A stretch of 57,724 nt of DNA, the filler included, from Malassezia furfur (taxonomy: Eukaryota): assembly GCA_052055015.1 (NCBI GenBank). It is 2 parts of 2 records of this genome, joined end to end, with 100 filler letters (N's around TTAATTAATTAA, not from the genome) between each part and the next. Parts side by side here need not be neighbours in the genome. Positions count along the whole stretch, not along the records: positions 29,138 to 57,724 come from JBQJIT010000109.1; 1 more part is not named here. One strand, 5' to 3'. The position numbers and the translations under genes are program-made. Positions 30,637 through 42,529 of the stretch are shown in pieces. Within the stretch, counting starts at the first letter, position 1. Each line of letters begins with the position of its first letter. The notes beneath the pieces are model-generated. The model had not been told where the DNA came from, searched no databases, and saw only the letters and a list, made by a program, of their open reading frames with translations.

Positions 30637-32304
30637 ATGCGCGTGTGGGGTTGGCGCTGGGTGTACGTGGTGCTGGGTGTGGTGCTACGCGCCGCGCTGC
30701 TCCTGTGGGGGGAATGGCAGGACAGGAATGCGTCCTTGCCATACACGGACATTGACTATGCCGTGTTCAACGACGGCGCGCATGCGCTGTGGTCCGAGTG
30801 CCGCCTGGAAGACACGATCGACTCGCCGCTGTACGAGGTCGAGTCGGACCTGTGGAACGAGCCGGCACTTGCGGCCAAGGCCAAGTGCGCACGCGGGTAC
30901 TTGCCCGCAGTCGCGCGCTTTGTGCTGCAAAATGACCCCGCGTACGCGCGCGTAAAGGACTCGGCGGGCGAGTCGTTCGACAGCGACGCGCTCTTCGTCT
31001 CGGCGTCACGCACGAGTTTCGCACTGACGCGGCCCTTTTTCCGCGTACTCGCAACGATCGGCGACCCCTTTACGCGCACAACGTACCGGTACACGCCGCT
31101 GCTCGCGCTCCTCCTCGCGCCGGCGCACGCATCGGCAACGGCGCCCGCGTACTGGGGCAAGCTGCTGTTTGCCGCCGCCGACGTGCTGTGTGCCGTGCTG
31201 ATGTGGATGATCATCGACGCGCGTGCCGAGCACCACCCCCGCCTCGCACGCACGCGCGAGTGGGCGACGCACCTGCCCGGCGTGCTCTGGCTGCTCAACC
31301 CGTTCCCGGCCCAGATCGCGACGCGCGGCAGTGCCGACAGCTTGGTGGGCGCACTCGTGCTTGGCTGCCTGGCGCTGCTCTTGCGCGCGACGCCCGAAAT
31401 GGAGCTGATCGGTACACACGCTGTTCCTGGCGACAACGTCAAACGCGATACAGCGGTGCACGACCCGGCGGAGCTGCGCGTCGCCGACGAGCGCGCTTGG
31501 TACGGCGCCGCGGCGCTGCTGGCGCTCGCAGTGCACCTCAAGCTGTACCCCGTGATCTACGGCGCGAGCATCCTGGCGCACCTCGCGACGTACCGCCGGC
31601 ACGCGATCCGTATCCTGTGCCATGTGCCGAACCCCACGCGGCAGGACGTGTTGGTACTCGGTGCCGAGTTTGCGGCCGTGTCCGGCACGATGTATGCGCT
31701 GCTCAACTTGCTCGTGTACCTCGTGTGGGGCCAGCCATTTGTGCGCGACGCGCTGCTCTACCACCTGGGCCGCGAGGACCACCGGCACAACTTTAGCGTG
31801 TATTTCCTGCCCACCTACCTGGCGCCCGCGTTTGACGCGCTCAACGCGCCGGGCGCACTGCAGTCGGTGTACGTGCTGGCAGCGTCGCCGCTGCTGAGCT
31901 TCGTGCCGCAGCTGGTCGCGTGTGCGTACGTCGGGTTCAAGCTGGGCGGCCGCGACCTGATCCTGAGCTGTGCGGTGCAGACGGTGGTGTTTGTTGCGTG
32001 GAACAAGGTATACACGAGCCAGTACTTTTTGTGGTACCTCGTGTTTGTGCCGGTCGTGGGCACCACGCTGCACTTTGGGCGCGCGCTGCAGCCCGTGTTG
32101 CTGGCCGCCGCGTGGGCCGCAGCGCAGGCCGTGTGGCTCTTTTGGGCGTACCGCCTCGAGTTTCTCGCGCAGGACACGCTCGTGCCGCTGTGGCTCAGCA
32201 GCCTGCTGCTGCTCGCGACACACGTGTACGTCGTGCGTGCGTGCCTGCACGCCTGGACCGAGTGGCGCGCTCGCGAGCAAACCGCACATGCTAAGCAGAC
32301 GTAA
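30637..32304 (+). CDS. GPI14: GPI mannosyltransferase I (PIG-M)
   Basis: YTDIDY, TYRYTPLLA, WLLNP, TRGSADS, VHLKLYPVIY, DHRHNFS, NKVYTSQYFLWY. Confidence 0.95.
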   Translation: MRVWGWRWVYVVLGVVLRAALLLWGEWQDRNASLPYTDIDYAVFNDGAHALWSECRLEDTIDSPLYEVESDLWNEPALAAKAKCARGYLPAVARFVLQNDPAYARVKDSAGESFDSDALFVSASRTSFALTRPFFRVLATIGDPFTRTTYRYTPLLALLLAPAHASATAPAYWGKLLFAAADVLCAVLMWMIIDARAEHHPRLARTREWATHLPGVLWLLNPFPAQIATRGSADSLVGALVLGCLALLLRATPEMELIGTHAVPGDNVKRDTAVHDPAELRVADERAWYGAAALLALAVHLKLYPVIYGASILAHLATYRRHAIRILCHVPNPTRQDVLVLGAEFAAVSGTMYALLNLLVYLVWGQPFVRDALLYHLGREDHRHNFSVYFLPTYLAPAFDALNAPGALQSVYVLAASPLLSFVPQLVACAYVGFKLGGRDLILSCAVQTVVFVAWNKVYTSQYFLWYLVFVPVVGTTLHFGRALQPVLLAAAWAAAQAVWLFWAYRLEFLAQDTLVPLWLSSLLLLATHVYVVRACLHAWTEWRAREQTAHAKQT

Positions 32305-32326
32305 TCGGAATTGCAAACTATGGTAC

Positions 32327-34756
32327 TCAGCGGCGCTCGAGGTAGCGCACCGTGGTGATGTAGCCCGACACGGCAATGACCACCATCACGGCGCAGATCC
32401 CACCGAACCAGTGCAGGTTGGACACATCCTGACCGGGGACGTGCACGTTCATGCCCCACAGACCGGTGATGACGTTCATCGGAACGATCACGGTACCGAG
32501 CGCGGTCAGCTTGCTCAGCACGTCGTTGATCTGGTTGTTCGCGTCGGTCATCTCGATGCTGATCTGCGCAAGGTAATTGCTGTGCGAGCGCGAGAGGATC
32601 ATTTCGTAGTGGTTCAAGTTTTGCGTCATGGTGATCAAGTGGTCCTGGATATCGGACAGGTACAGCCCGATGTCCGAGCGCGGCGCAATGGCCCAGTATT
32701 CATTGCAGCGCTTCGCGAGACCCTTGACGACGTCCGCCTTGTTGCCCATCAGGCGAAGCAGGCCCATGACTTTTTTGCGGCACGTACCGATGCGGCGGAG
32801 CATGTCGGTCTGCTCGGCTTCCTTGAGAATAAGCACCAGCTCGTCGATCGAGTCGACCTCGAACTCGATGCCCTGGATGAGCGGGCCAAAGGCGTCGGTG
32901 ATGTCGTCGATCAGTGCGTACGAAATCCAATCCGAGGTCACGTTGATGTAGTCCTTCAGCTGCTTGATGCGCCGCCGCACGTTCTGGGGGTGCGGCGTGT
33001 GCCGGAAGTGGAAAGAGAGCGTGCCCTCGCGGAAGACGATAATGTACATGTTGAGCGGCTCGAGGTACGTCGGGCTGTACGGGTCCTGGTCGAAGGAGCG
33101 GAAACACACAAGGTAGTAGTTGCGGAACAGCTCAATCTTCTCTCGCGTTTCCTCCATGAGAATATCCTCGGTGGTGAGGGGGTGGATGCCAAACGTGCGG
33201 CTCAACACCTTCATCTCCTGGTCCGTGGGGCACAGCACGTCCAGCCACCACGTCGACGGGTCCGAGTTGGCCACCAGCCCCTGCTCGGGCTGCACGTCAC
33301 GCGGCAGCGCACCGGCGAGCGGCACAGGGGCTGCCTGCTTCGCCGCGGCCTCCTCGGCCTTCTTTTCATGCTCGGGCACAACACCGCGCAGCAAGTCCTC
33401 AAACGACTGGCCCTGCGCAGGCAGTTCCGAAAGGTAGCGCGCGTGGATGGTCGTCGGCAGCGCATTCGAGTAGAACGTGAAGCGGTACGGTTTGTCGGCC
33501 ATGGCGTGCGCCAGTGGCTGCGTCTTGCTCCGCCCGCTGCCAAATGGCTGCGAGTACGCACGCCCGCGCGAGCGCAGATCGTTCGGGCTCGGCTCGGTCT
33601 GCGTCACACCATGGTAGGTGTGCTGCGAGGTGCCTTTGAGCAGCGGACGTGCCGGCTCGTCCGTCGGCTCGGCCGCCGCGGCCGCCGCAGACATGTGCGA
33701 CGAGGGCGCAAACGACGAGCCAAACGAGTGGCCACCTTCGAATGCCGCCAGCTTGCGCTGGAACTTGTTGCCCTGGCTCTGGCCTTCGACGGGCTGCCGC
33801 GGCCGCCGGCTGTACAGCGTCGAGTCGCCCGTGTCGACCGGCTTTCCAAAGTGGCCACCACGGTACGTCCCGCGGTGCTTCTCCCCGGGGCTGCCCACTG
33901 CGGGCACCTCGGGCCAGTTGTTCGTCGTGCCGAGATGGCCGCGCTCCTCGGCACAGAACGTCTCGACCGCACCCAGGTCAAACGTGTACGGGTATCCAGG
34001 CGGTGGCGGCGAGTCCAGCGCCGCGGGCTCTTTGCGCTCGTCCTGCACCACATCATCAATGTTGCTCGCCGCAGGGAAACACACGTCGTCCTCACGGCCA
34101 CGGTCGGCCTCGGTATGCGTCGAGTTGCCCAGCTCGGACGTCTCAACGCCCTCCTCCGCAACGGGCGACGCGGGCGCCTCCTGCGACGAGGAAAGCGCCG
34201 CGTAGTTGATCGGCGGCGCAGCCCCATCGCCACGCGCACCACGGGGAGTGTGCGTGTGCGGCGAGCGCGCAGCATTCCCCGAATCGTACATGCTTGGCGC
34301 ATTCTGCATCGCGCGCATCGCCAGCGGCGAGTTGGGGTTCATTGAAAGCGAGTGCGACTGGTTGCGGTGGTCGATAAAATGGCTTCCACTGTCCACACTA
34401 GCGTTGGACCCACGGCGCTGCTGCCGATAAAATTGCTCGGCGACGTTGCGCGCGCGGATGGGAATCGACCCCGCACGGTCCGCGTTCGCAGGCGATCGCG
34501 CATGCGCACCATCATCATCGTGCCAGTGACCCGATGTGTCTGGGCGTTAGTAGGTCAACATACCGTGCGTAGATCCATCACCGTGCGGCACACGCGCGCG
34601 ACTCATCAGTCGCGCAGCGTCCAAATCCTGCTCACGCTGCGCATCCTCGTCGGGGTTCGGCTGATAATCGCTACGATCGTCCATTGATGAGATTGAAGAC
34701 TTGCGCGCAATACCGCTCGGAGTGCCCATGTAGCGGTTCTGGGGCGAGGACGACAT
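32327..34756 (-). CDS. ALR1: CorA-family Mg2+ transporter (Alr1-like); intron 34540-34563
   Basis: WWLDV, FGIHPLTTEDI, REKIELF, YLSDIQDH, GLWGMNV, two C-terminal TM helices. Confidence 0.92.
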
Positions 34757-35132
34757 CGCTGCAACGGCACGGTTCGGCGTCTGCAGGCGTCTCGGTCAGG
34801 GCCGCGAAAATTGACCGTCACGCAAGACCCCAGCGCGCCCTGACGCTGGCACATGGCTCCATGTGCTCATCACGTGGTATACTGTCTTGGCGACCTCGGC
34901 CCCGATGTTGCAGCGCGCAAATTTGCCGCGAAGTCACGTGGAGAACCTAATTCGGTGGGGCTGCCGAATCAGGGCCAGGGAATGCCCGTCGAACCCTGTT
35001 AGTGCATCGGCGCGAGGTGCAGTTGAAATTATCTTCTACAAATGTGTTGCATTCCGCTGCGCTGAAGGCAACACAACACGGACCCCAGCCGAACGCCTTC
35101 CTCGCTTCCTCCATCCCCTACCTCGATCTAGC

Positions 35133-35995
35133 ATGCTGCGTTTCTTCTCAATTGGGTTTTGTACGTTGCTAAGTCGTATGAAGAATGTATAATAACACAA
35201 CACAGCCCAATTTCTCCTATTCTGCGCCATGGTGTTGATGATTCTCACCAACGTGGGTCAGCTCACCACGAACATTGTGGCGCGGAATATTAGCATCGCG
35301 CGTCTCAACTTGGTTAACCCCAACAACTTGCTTCGGACCGCACCAGACATCGCGTCGGAAGTGGCCAAGGCGCTTGGCCTGACCAACGGTCAGACGCTCA
35401 GCCCCCCGCAGCAGGTCAAGTGGGGTCTTTACAGTACGTATTCCCCGGCATGTCAGGCATACTAATCTTTAGGCCACTGCGCGTACTACGGCAACAACAA
35501 CCCCGTATGCACGCCCCGTGGCTTCGGCCAGCAGTTTGACCCGGTCAAAGCACTGTACGTCCCCACACCTTGTACTTATGCAGCACCACCGACATGGGCC
35601 TGACCTTCTCGAGCGGAATCAACTCGCTCTACGAGAGCGACAAGCGCATCTCGAACCTCCATGAAAAGAGCGTCGCCGCGTTCTACCTCGTTTTCCTCGG
35701 CACCATCTTTGCCGGTATCGCCTTTCTAGTCACCTGCTTGATCCACATGTCGGCCTTGGTGATCGCAGCCTTCTTCTCGTTCCTGTCGTTCGCAATTCTG
35801 GTCTGTGGCGCCGCCATCTGGACCTACATTGTGCACCGGTTCAAGGACATTTCGGCGGCACCGTATGAGTTCGATTACGGGGTCTCGCTGTGGTTTGTGT
35901 GGACCTCGGTCGCCTGCACGCTTTTCGCCATTCCTGCGCTGGCGAGCGGCAGCCTTGCCAGTCGCCGCCGCTACTACGAGGAGCCGTACTACTAA
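35133..35995 (+). CDS. SUR7/PalI-family tetraspan membrane protein; introns 35161-35205, 35434-35472, 35555-35583
   Basis: N-terminal TM, WGLYSHC...C motif, three C-terminal TMs ending YGVSLWFVW. Confidence 0.78.
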
Positions 35996-36405
35996 ATGTG
36001 CACCTCTGCCCGAAATTCTTGTGCTAATTCATCTCATCAAATTTGTGTCGCGTTAGTGCCAAGATATTCTCACTGCTCGGGTTTATCGAGCACCCTTCAT
36101 TCTCCTGTTAATAGGAATAAGTTACTCATTAATATATTCACAGTGGCAGAGTACATGACATGTGAAACGCGCAACTAGAGCGAGGAGACGGGCCCCATCG
36201 CGTCGTGCTGAAGTAAGCAACAGGACGCGTGCTCTGCGTTTTTTTCGTGTTGGTAACCTCGCGTCGAATGTGCGGACGTGATAACCTTTGCCCAGCAGCG
36301 ACCTTCACTGGCGCCGGCTATCCAAAACCGAGATTCAACCTTACGCATCAACCACGCCCCGAGGGTCGGGCTCTGTGGGAGTTTTCAGAGAGGAATGACC
36401 CCTTT

Positions 36406-36699
36406 TCACGAATGGCGAAACATGGTGACGCCAGTCCACCGCGCAATAATAATGTAAGTAGTGAACGGAATAAGCAGAGGAAGCCAGTAGGCCAAACTGA
36501 TCGGAAACCTGAGCCAGACGGGCTCATCGGATGCGGCTGTACTGCCCCGCATCGCCTCCCAACCCCCAAGGAGCCCAAAAAGCGCCAATGCCAATACGAC
36601 ACAACCGATCCATTCGTGCGTCCGTGCGAAGCGCGTACCTTTTCGGCGTAGTTCGCTTCGTTTTACGCCGACATCGCTGCGAGGAGTAGTTCGATCCAT
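36406..36699 (-). CDS. Small membrane protein, PIG-Y-like (GPI-GlcNAc transferase subunit); start uncertain (ORF open to 36867)
   Basis: Two hydrophobic segments and C-terminal YWLPLLIP...WTGVTMFRHS. Confidence 0.6.
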   Translation of the reverse strand: MDRTTPRSDVGVKRSELRRKGTRFARTHEWIGCVVLALALFGLLGGWEAMRGSTAASDEPVWLRFPISLAYWLPLLIPFTTYIIIARWTGVTMFRHS

Positions 36700-37059
36700 G
36701 CAGCCTGCTGTACGGAGTGGTAGAAGACCCACAGCCACAGTTACTTCTCCGCACTTGGACGTCTGGATTGATTGGGTGCCCTGGCCAAGCGGAGAACAGG
36801 CTGCCCTGTGCGACATCGCTGCGCCAACGTACGCTCGATTACAAGCCAACTTAAGCTCTACATGCACTGTGATTGGTCTAATATTATTTCCTCACCTCCG
36901 TTCGACCAATCAATGGTGGCCAGTTCTATGACGTTCTAGGCAAGCGACCGCGCCCTGGACGCCAATTTCGTCCGGCCACGTCCTACGCGCGCCACCGCGG
37001 TAAAGTACTTAAAGTGCCCTGTCGCCGAACAGGTCCCGGTACCAAAACTGCCTTCTATC

Positions 37060-37482
37060 ATGGTTCGCATTACTTCTTTCCTCGCTGTCGCTGCCACCTT
37101 TGCTCTGAGTGCTGGCAATGCTCTCGGTGTTGCCGTGCCCCAGCAAAATGGTGCGCTCGAGGCTCGCACGGTGTATGCGCCGAAGATTACCTACCCGACG
37201 AACAAGACCCAGTGGACGGCTGGACACAAGGTGCACGTTGCTTGGGAGACCGAACACCTGCCTGCTGAGGCGAAGAAGTCGAAGAGCTTCATCAAGCTCG
37301 GGCATGTGGACGGAAACTCGCTCGATGAGCACCTGAACCAGACGCTGGCCAAGAACTTCAAGCTGGGCGCTGGCAATGTGTCCTTTACGCTCCCCAAGGA
37401 TTTGGAGGCGCGTGAGGACTACATTGTTGTGCTGTTTGGCGACTCGGGCAATGCCTCGCCCAAGTTTACGATTCACCAGTAG
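37060..37482 (+). CDS. Small secreted protein with Kre9/Knh1-like N-terminal Ig-like domain
   Basis: Signal peptide, PKITYP..W..G..V.W, YIVVLFGDSGNASPKFTI. Confidence 0.8.
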   Translation: MVRITSFLAVAATFALSAGNALGVAVPQQNGALEARTVYAPKITYPTNKTQWTAGHKVHVAWETEHLPAEAKKSKSFIKLGHVDGNSLDEHLNQTLAKNFKLGAGNVSFTLPKDLEAREDYIVVLFGDSGNASPKFTIHQ

Positions 37483-37795
37483 ACGATAGAGTTTTTTGAC
37501 GCACTTGCGCGCTGGCCGCGGATTATAGCATTAGTATATATGTTGAGTTTGGGAACGAATCGGTGCACCTATGTTTGAAGGCGGTTTTACTGCAAGCGTG
37601 TGTCGCCAGGAACCGCGAGAGCGACGGGCCGACGATGCGGGTGCAATCGGACTTGGCAAATGCTGCCGCGAGATCTGTATCGTTTGGCCCGTGCGCACAT
37701 TCCCAAGGCTTCCGCACGGTTCCGGAGTCCCGTTCGGCCGAAATTAACCCCGCCGGTATTGAACGCCGGTAGATTCCTGCGCTGCATCTGCCACC

Positions 37796-39067
37796 ATGTT
37801 CCTCGCGAAGCGCTCGATTCCTCTTGCCTCTCAGGCTGCTTCTGCTGCCCGTGTGTCCCGTGGCGCGGCGCCTGCCGCTGTGCGTCTGTTCTCGCAGTCG
37901 GCTGTTGCGAAGGACATCAGCTTTGAACTGAGCGGCGACCAGCACGCATACCAGGAGCTGGCACGCAAGTTTACGCGTGATAACATTACGCCCGTGGCCT
38001 CCAAGTACGACAAGTCGATGGAGTACCCGTGGGAGGTGATTAAGAAGGCGCACGAGGTTGGTCTGATCAACACGCACATTCCCGAGGCGTACGGTGGTAT
38101 TGGCCTCGGCCTGATGGAGTGTGCGCTGATTTCCGAGGAGCTGGCGTTCGGCTGCTCGGGTATTCAGACGGCGATTGAGGCCAACGGTCTGGCTGAGGCC
38201 CCTCTTCTGGTGGCCGGCAATGACCAGCAGAAGGCCAAGTACCTCGGCCGCATGACCGAGGAGCCGCTCGTGGCCTCGTACGGTGTGACCGAGCCGGGTG
38301 CGGGCTCGGATGTGGCCAACATCCAGACGCGCGCGGTGAAGAAGGGTGACAAGTGGATCCTCAACGGTACCAAGATGTGGATCACCAACGCCGGTTACGC
38401 GAACTGGTTCTTCGTGCTCGCCAAGACGAACCCTGATGAGCGCCCCCACAAGGCGCTGTCCGGCTTCATTGTGGACGGCGATGCCAAGGGTGTGATCCGT
38501 GGCAAGAAGGAGATCAACATGGGCCAGCGCTGCTCGGACACGCGCATGGTGACGTTCGAGGACGTTGAGGTCCCCGAGCAAAACCTGCTCGGCTCGGTCG
38601 GTGACGGTTTCAAGATCGCGATGGGTGCGTTTGACATTACGCGTCCGCTCGTTGCGTCGGGTGCCGTCGGTGTGGCGCAGCGTGCGCTGTACGAGGCGAC
38701 CATCTACGCCAAGGAGCGCAAGACGATGGGTAAGCCCATTATCAACCACCAGGCGGTGGCGTTCATGCTCGCCGACATGCAGGCGGCCGTGGAGGCGGCG
38801 CGTCTGCTGGTGTACAAGGCGTCGTGGATGAAGGACAAGGGTGAGCGCAACAGTTTCTACGCGAGCATGGCCAAGCTGCTTGCCTCGCGTGCCGCCGTGT
38901 CGAACGCGGACCAGGCCGTGCAGATCTACGGTGGTCTCGGCTTCAACTCGGAGAGCTCCGTGGAGAAGCTGTACCGTGACGCCAAGATCTTTGAGCTGTA
39001 CGAGGGCACGTCGCAGATCCAGCGCCTCGTCATCTCGCGCATGCTCGCCGACCTGTACGATGCGTAA
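37796..39067 (+). CDS. Mitochondrial acyl-CoA dehydrogenase (medium-chain type)
   Basis: [49 protein letters not shown]. Confidence 0.95.
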   Translation: MFLAKRSIPLASQAASAARVSRGAAPAAVRLFSQSAVAKDISFELSGDQHAYQELARKFTRDNITPVASKYDKSMEYPWEVIKKAHEVGLINTHIPEAYGGIGLGLMECALISEELAFGCSGIQTAIEANGLAEAPLLVAGNDQQKAKYLGRMTEEPLVASYGVTEPGAGSDVANIQTRAVKKGDKWILNGTKMWITNAGYANWFFVLAKTNPDERPHKALSGFIVDGDAKGVIRGKKEINMGQRCSDTRMVTFEDVEVPEQNLLGSVGDGFKIAMGAFDITRPLVASGAVGVAQRALYEATIYAKERKTMGKPIINHQAVAFMLADMQAAVEAARLLVYKASWMKDKGERNSFYASMAKLLASRAAVSNADQAVQIYGGLGFNSESSVEKLYRDAKIFELYEGTSQIQRLVISRMLADLYDA

Positions 39068-39225
39068 AAGCGCCATAGTCCATAGTCGATGGAACGCCGG
39101 GTCTCCCGCGCATGCTACGTCGCCGATCCCGGGCAGGACCGCTTGTGACCAAGGCACGCATCGCTACGTCGCTACCCACGGTGCCACAACCCATTCGGTA
39201 CGATACAAAAACAAAGGTGCGCTGC

Positions 39226-41287
39226 CTAGCGCGCACTCATCCGCGTCATCGCCACGGCTCCAATCACGGCCACACCCAAAAAGCTGATCGCGGCGGGCAG
39301 CGCCAAATCTTTGGGGATCACGCCAAACAGCAGGTCGTTATTGCCTCCGGTCGCCTTGGGCGCGCCTGGCGCATCGCCCGCGGCGGTACGCGCTGGCGCG
39401 TCGCTCGACGCGCGGTGCTTTTGGCGGTGCGCCGAAGCGAGCGACGCGGCCGACTGCGCATAGTCGCTGTACGCACTCGACCGGCTCGCGGCCTCCTCCC
39501 ACGACTTGCCGCCGTGCAGCACAAGCAGCACGCGGTCCTTGCCCTGGTGCTTGGCGACGGCGACGGCATCCTGGACGTCGCTGTCCGCTGTGATCAGCAC
39601 GAGGTCGTCCTCGTCGTCCTTGTATGCCAAGTGGTAATCCTCGAGCTCGGGCGGATTCACACGGGGACCTGTAGGCGGCGGTGGTGTAAATATCGGCATG
39701 GGCAAACGATCGTCGTCGTCAAACGTCGGAGGACCCGGCGGCGACGCAACCTGGGACGCACCTGCGGAAGTATCCAAGAAGAAGGGATCCCCGGCGAGCT
39801 TGATCGATACAATTTCGCGGATCGTGTCGAAGTTGTCGTAGCGAGCCTGAAAGCGGTGCACGCGCCCGCTCGGCGTAACAAACTTGAACAGGTAGGTACC
39901 GTCGTCGGCCGTGTCAAGCGTTGCCGACTGGCCGTCTTGCAGCACGCCACCGACGGCACTCGCACTGTCATTCGGATGCACGTCCGACGACAAGTCCACA
40001 GCACCCGTCTGCGGCGACAGCTGCGAGTCAGGCAGGCGCTGCGAGCCGCTCACGGCACTCCCGTCGTCCGTCGCTGCCGCGCCCTGGCCAAAGCTGTTCC
40101 AAAAGCGCGACCACATCGGGCCACCGGTGCCTTCGCCTTCGTCGCTCATGCTGTTGATCTGCTCGAGTGTCGCATACGTCAGCTTGAGCACGTCCACAAC
40201 ACCAACGAGGCGCGCATCCACGTCCATCACGGGCAGGTTCAAGTAGCGCCCATCGTGCATCTTGCGCAGCGCCTCTTGGATGCTCAGCGACGGGGCACCA
40301 GTGTCGGGGTGCGGCGTCATGACCCGGATCACACTGCACGTTTTGGGGTCGAGTCCCGCGGCAATCACACGCAGCACCACGTCCTTGCTCGTGAAGATGC
40401 CGGCAATCTTGCCCGTGACGATGCCCTGGCCGGACGGCGCATTGGCGATCGAGTTGGACGGGTTTTCCATCACACACACCGCCGTTGTGCGGTATTCTTT
40501 CATAAGCCGCGCGGCGTCCCGCACACTCGTGCGCACGCCCACGGTGACGGGCAGCGTGCGCGAGTCGAGGATCGATGCGAGGTCTGGCATGCTCATGCGC
40601 TCACGCAGCGTCTCGACGTACTGCATCATGGCCTGCTGTGGCCCAGCGGCCTTGCCACCCCACTCGCTCTGCACGCCCTCGAGCGCCGTGTACAGCTTCT
40701 GCGAGGAGCCGTGCGCACGCTCGAGCTTCTCGAGCGCCTCGTAGAACACCTTGGCAATATCCAGCAGACCGACCACGTCGCCCTCCTCGTTGCAGACGGG
40801 CAGGTGACGGAAGCCGCGCATGACCATCGTGTTGAGCGCCTCGGTGGCGTTCGTCGTGTCGCGCGTCACGAGCGGCGACGTGGTCATGATCGCGCTCACG
40901 GGCGTCATGCGCGGGTCGAGGCCCTCGGCGACAATCCGGTACGCGAGGTCCTTGGCCGTGAAGATGCCTGCAAGGTGCTCGTCGTCGTCGACCACCAGCA
41001 CACAGTCGGTCCGCTTTGCCGCACACAGCTGACTCGCATCGGTTATACTCATCGACTGCGGTACCGTAAGCGCTGGCAGCGGTCGCAGCGCCGACACAGT
41101 GCCTGCCGTCATGGGGTTCCGGCGCCGCTGCTGCGTCGGCGTCGCAGGCTTGCCCGCCTTGCGGTTCAGCTCGCCCTCAATCCGCTTGCGGATGGCCTGC
41201 GTCAGTATGCACACGTACCTCATCGCGCCGCGTCTGGCGCTTGCGCGTATCACTCTGCGGCGAACTGCGGTATCCACTCGAGCTCAT
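39226..41287 (-). CDS. CBS-pair + PB1 domain protein with C-terminal TM (Mug70-like); intron 41197-41218
   Basis: Four CBS units (GIFTAKDL, FRHLPV, GIFTSKDV, YLNLPV), PB1 (FKFVTPSGRVHR, YKDDEDDLVLIT), hydrophobic tail. Confidence 0.88.
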
Positions 41288-41382
41288 CGCGAGACGGAAA
41301 CGTGCGGGTGTTGTTGCGCAACGCGACGCGCACGTCACGTGCCGTGCGGTCCCTGGCCGGTCCCTGGCTCGCGAACGTCACC

Positions 41383-42508
41383 ATGGGGGTCGTCGAAAAA
41401 ATTAAGGAGATCGAGCATGAGATGGCTCGCACGCAGAAGAACAAGGCGACCGAGTACGTGCCATGACTCACCCAGGTATCATATTGGTAACCTGCGTGCG
41501 AAGCTCGCCAAGCTCAGGATGCAGCTGCTCGAGCCCGACAAAAAATCGGGCAAGCCAGGCGAGGGCTTCGACGTGATGAAGTCGGGCAACGCCCGCGTCG
41601 TGCTTATCGGGTTCCCGTCCGTGGGCAAATCGACACTCCTCAACACTATCACAGATACTGAGAGCGCTGCCGCTGCGTACGAGTACACCACGCTCACGGC
41701 CATCCCGGGTGTCCTCGAGTACGAGGGCGCACGGATCCAGATCCTCGACTTGCCTGGGATCATCGAGGGCGCTGCACAGGGCCGCGGACGTGGTCGCCAG
41801 GTGGTCAGTGTCGCCAAGACAGCCGACCTCGTGCTCATGATGCTCGATGCGACCAAGTCGGCGCAGCAGCGCCCCCTCCTCGAAAAGGAGCTCGAGGACG
41901 TCGGTATCCGTCTCAACCAGACCAAGCCAGACGTACAGCTCAAGAAGAAGTCGGGTGGCGGCATCGTGATCACCAAGGCCATGGGCCTCACCCTCACCAA
42001 GATCGACGAGAAAATGATCCGCACCATTCTGCAGGGCTACAAAATTCACAATTGTGATGTGATGATCCGCGAAGACATCACCGTGGATCAATTTATCGAT
42101 GTGGTGCTGGGCAACCGCAAGTACGTGCCCTGCCTCTATGTGTACAATAAAATCGACCGCATCAGCATGGAAGAGATGGAGCGTCTCGCCAGCGAGCCAA
42201 GCAATGTCGTCATCAGCTGCGAACTCAACCTGAACCTCGATTACCTCGTCGACCGGATATGGGAAGAGCTCTCGCTGAACCGCATCTATACCAAGAAACG
42301 GGGCGAGCACCCGGATCTGACAGACCCGATCGTCGTGCGCAAGGGCGCTACCATCGAACACGTGTGCCACGGCGTGCACCGCGCGCTCGTGGACAAATTT
42401 GCGTACGCATCCGTGTACGGCAAATCGAGCAAGTTCCCCTCGGCCCAAAAGGTGGGCCTCAACCACGTGGTGGCCAACGACGACGTCGTGACCATTTTTA
42501 CGCGATAG
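41383..42508 (+). CDS. RBG2: DRG-family GTPase (DRG2/Rbg2); intron 41454-41475
   Basis: RTQKNKATE|YH, GFPSVGKST, DLPGIIEGA, NKID, TGS domain. Confidence 0.93.
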
Positions 42509-42529
42509 ACCTCCACTTGGTAGCTTTTC

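Noticed and set aside
36278..36330. Possible C/D snoRNA (GTGATAA plus TTCACTGGCGCCG, complementary to a recalled LSU rRNA segment)
   Set aside because: Imperfect C box, no CTGA D box next to the antisense element and no terminal stem
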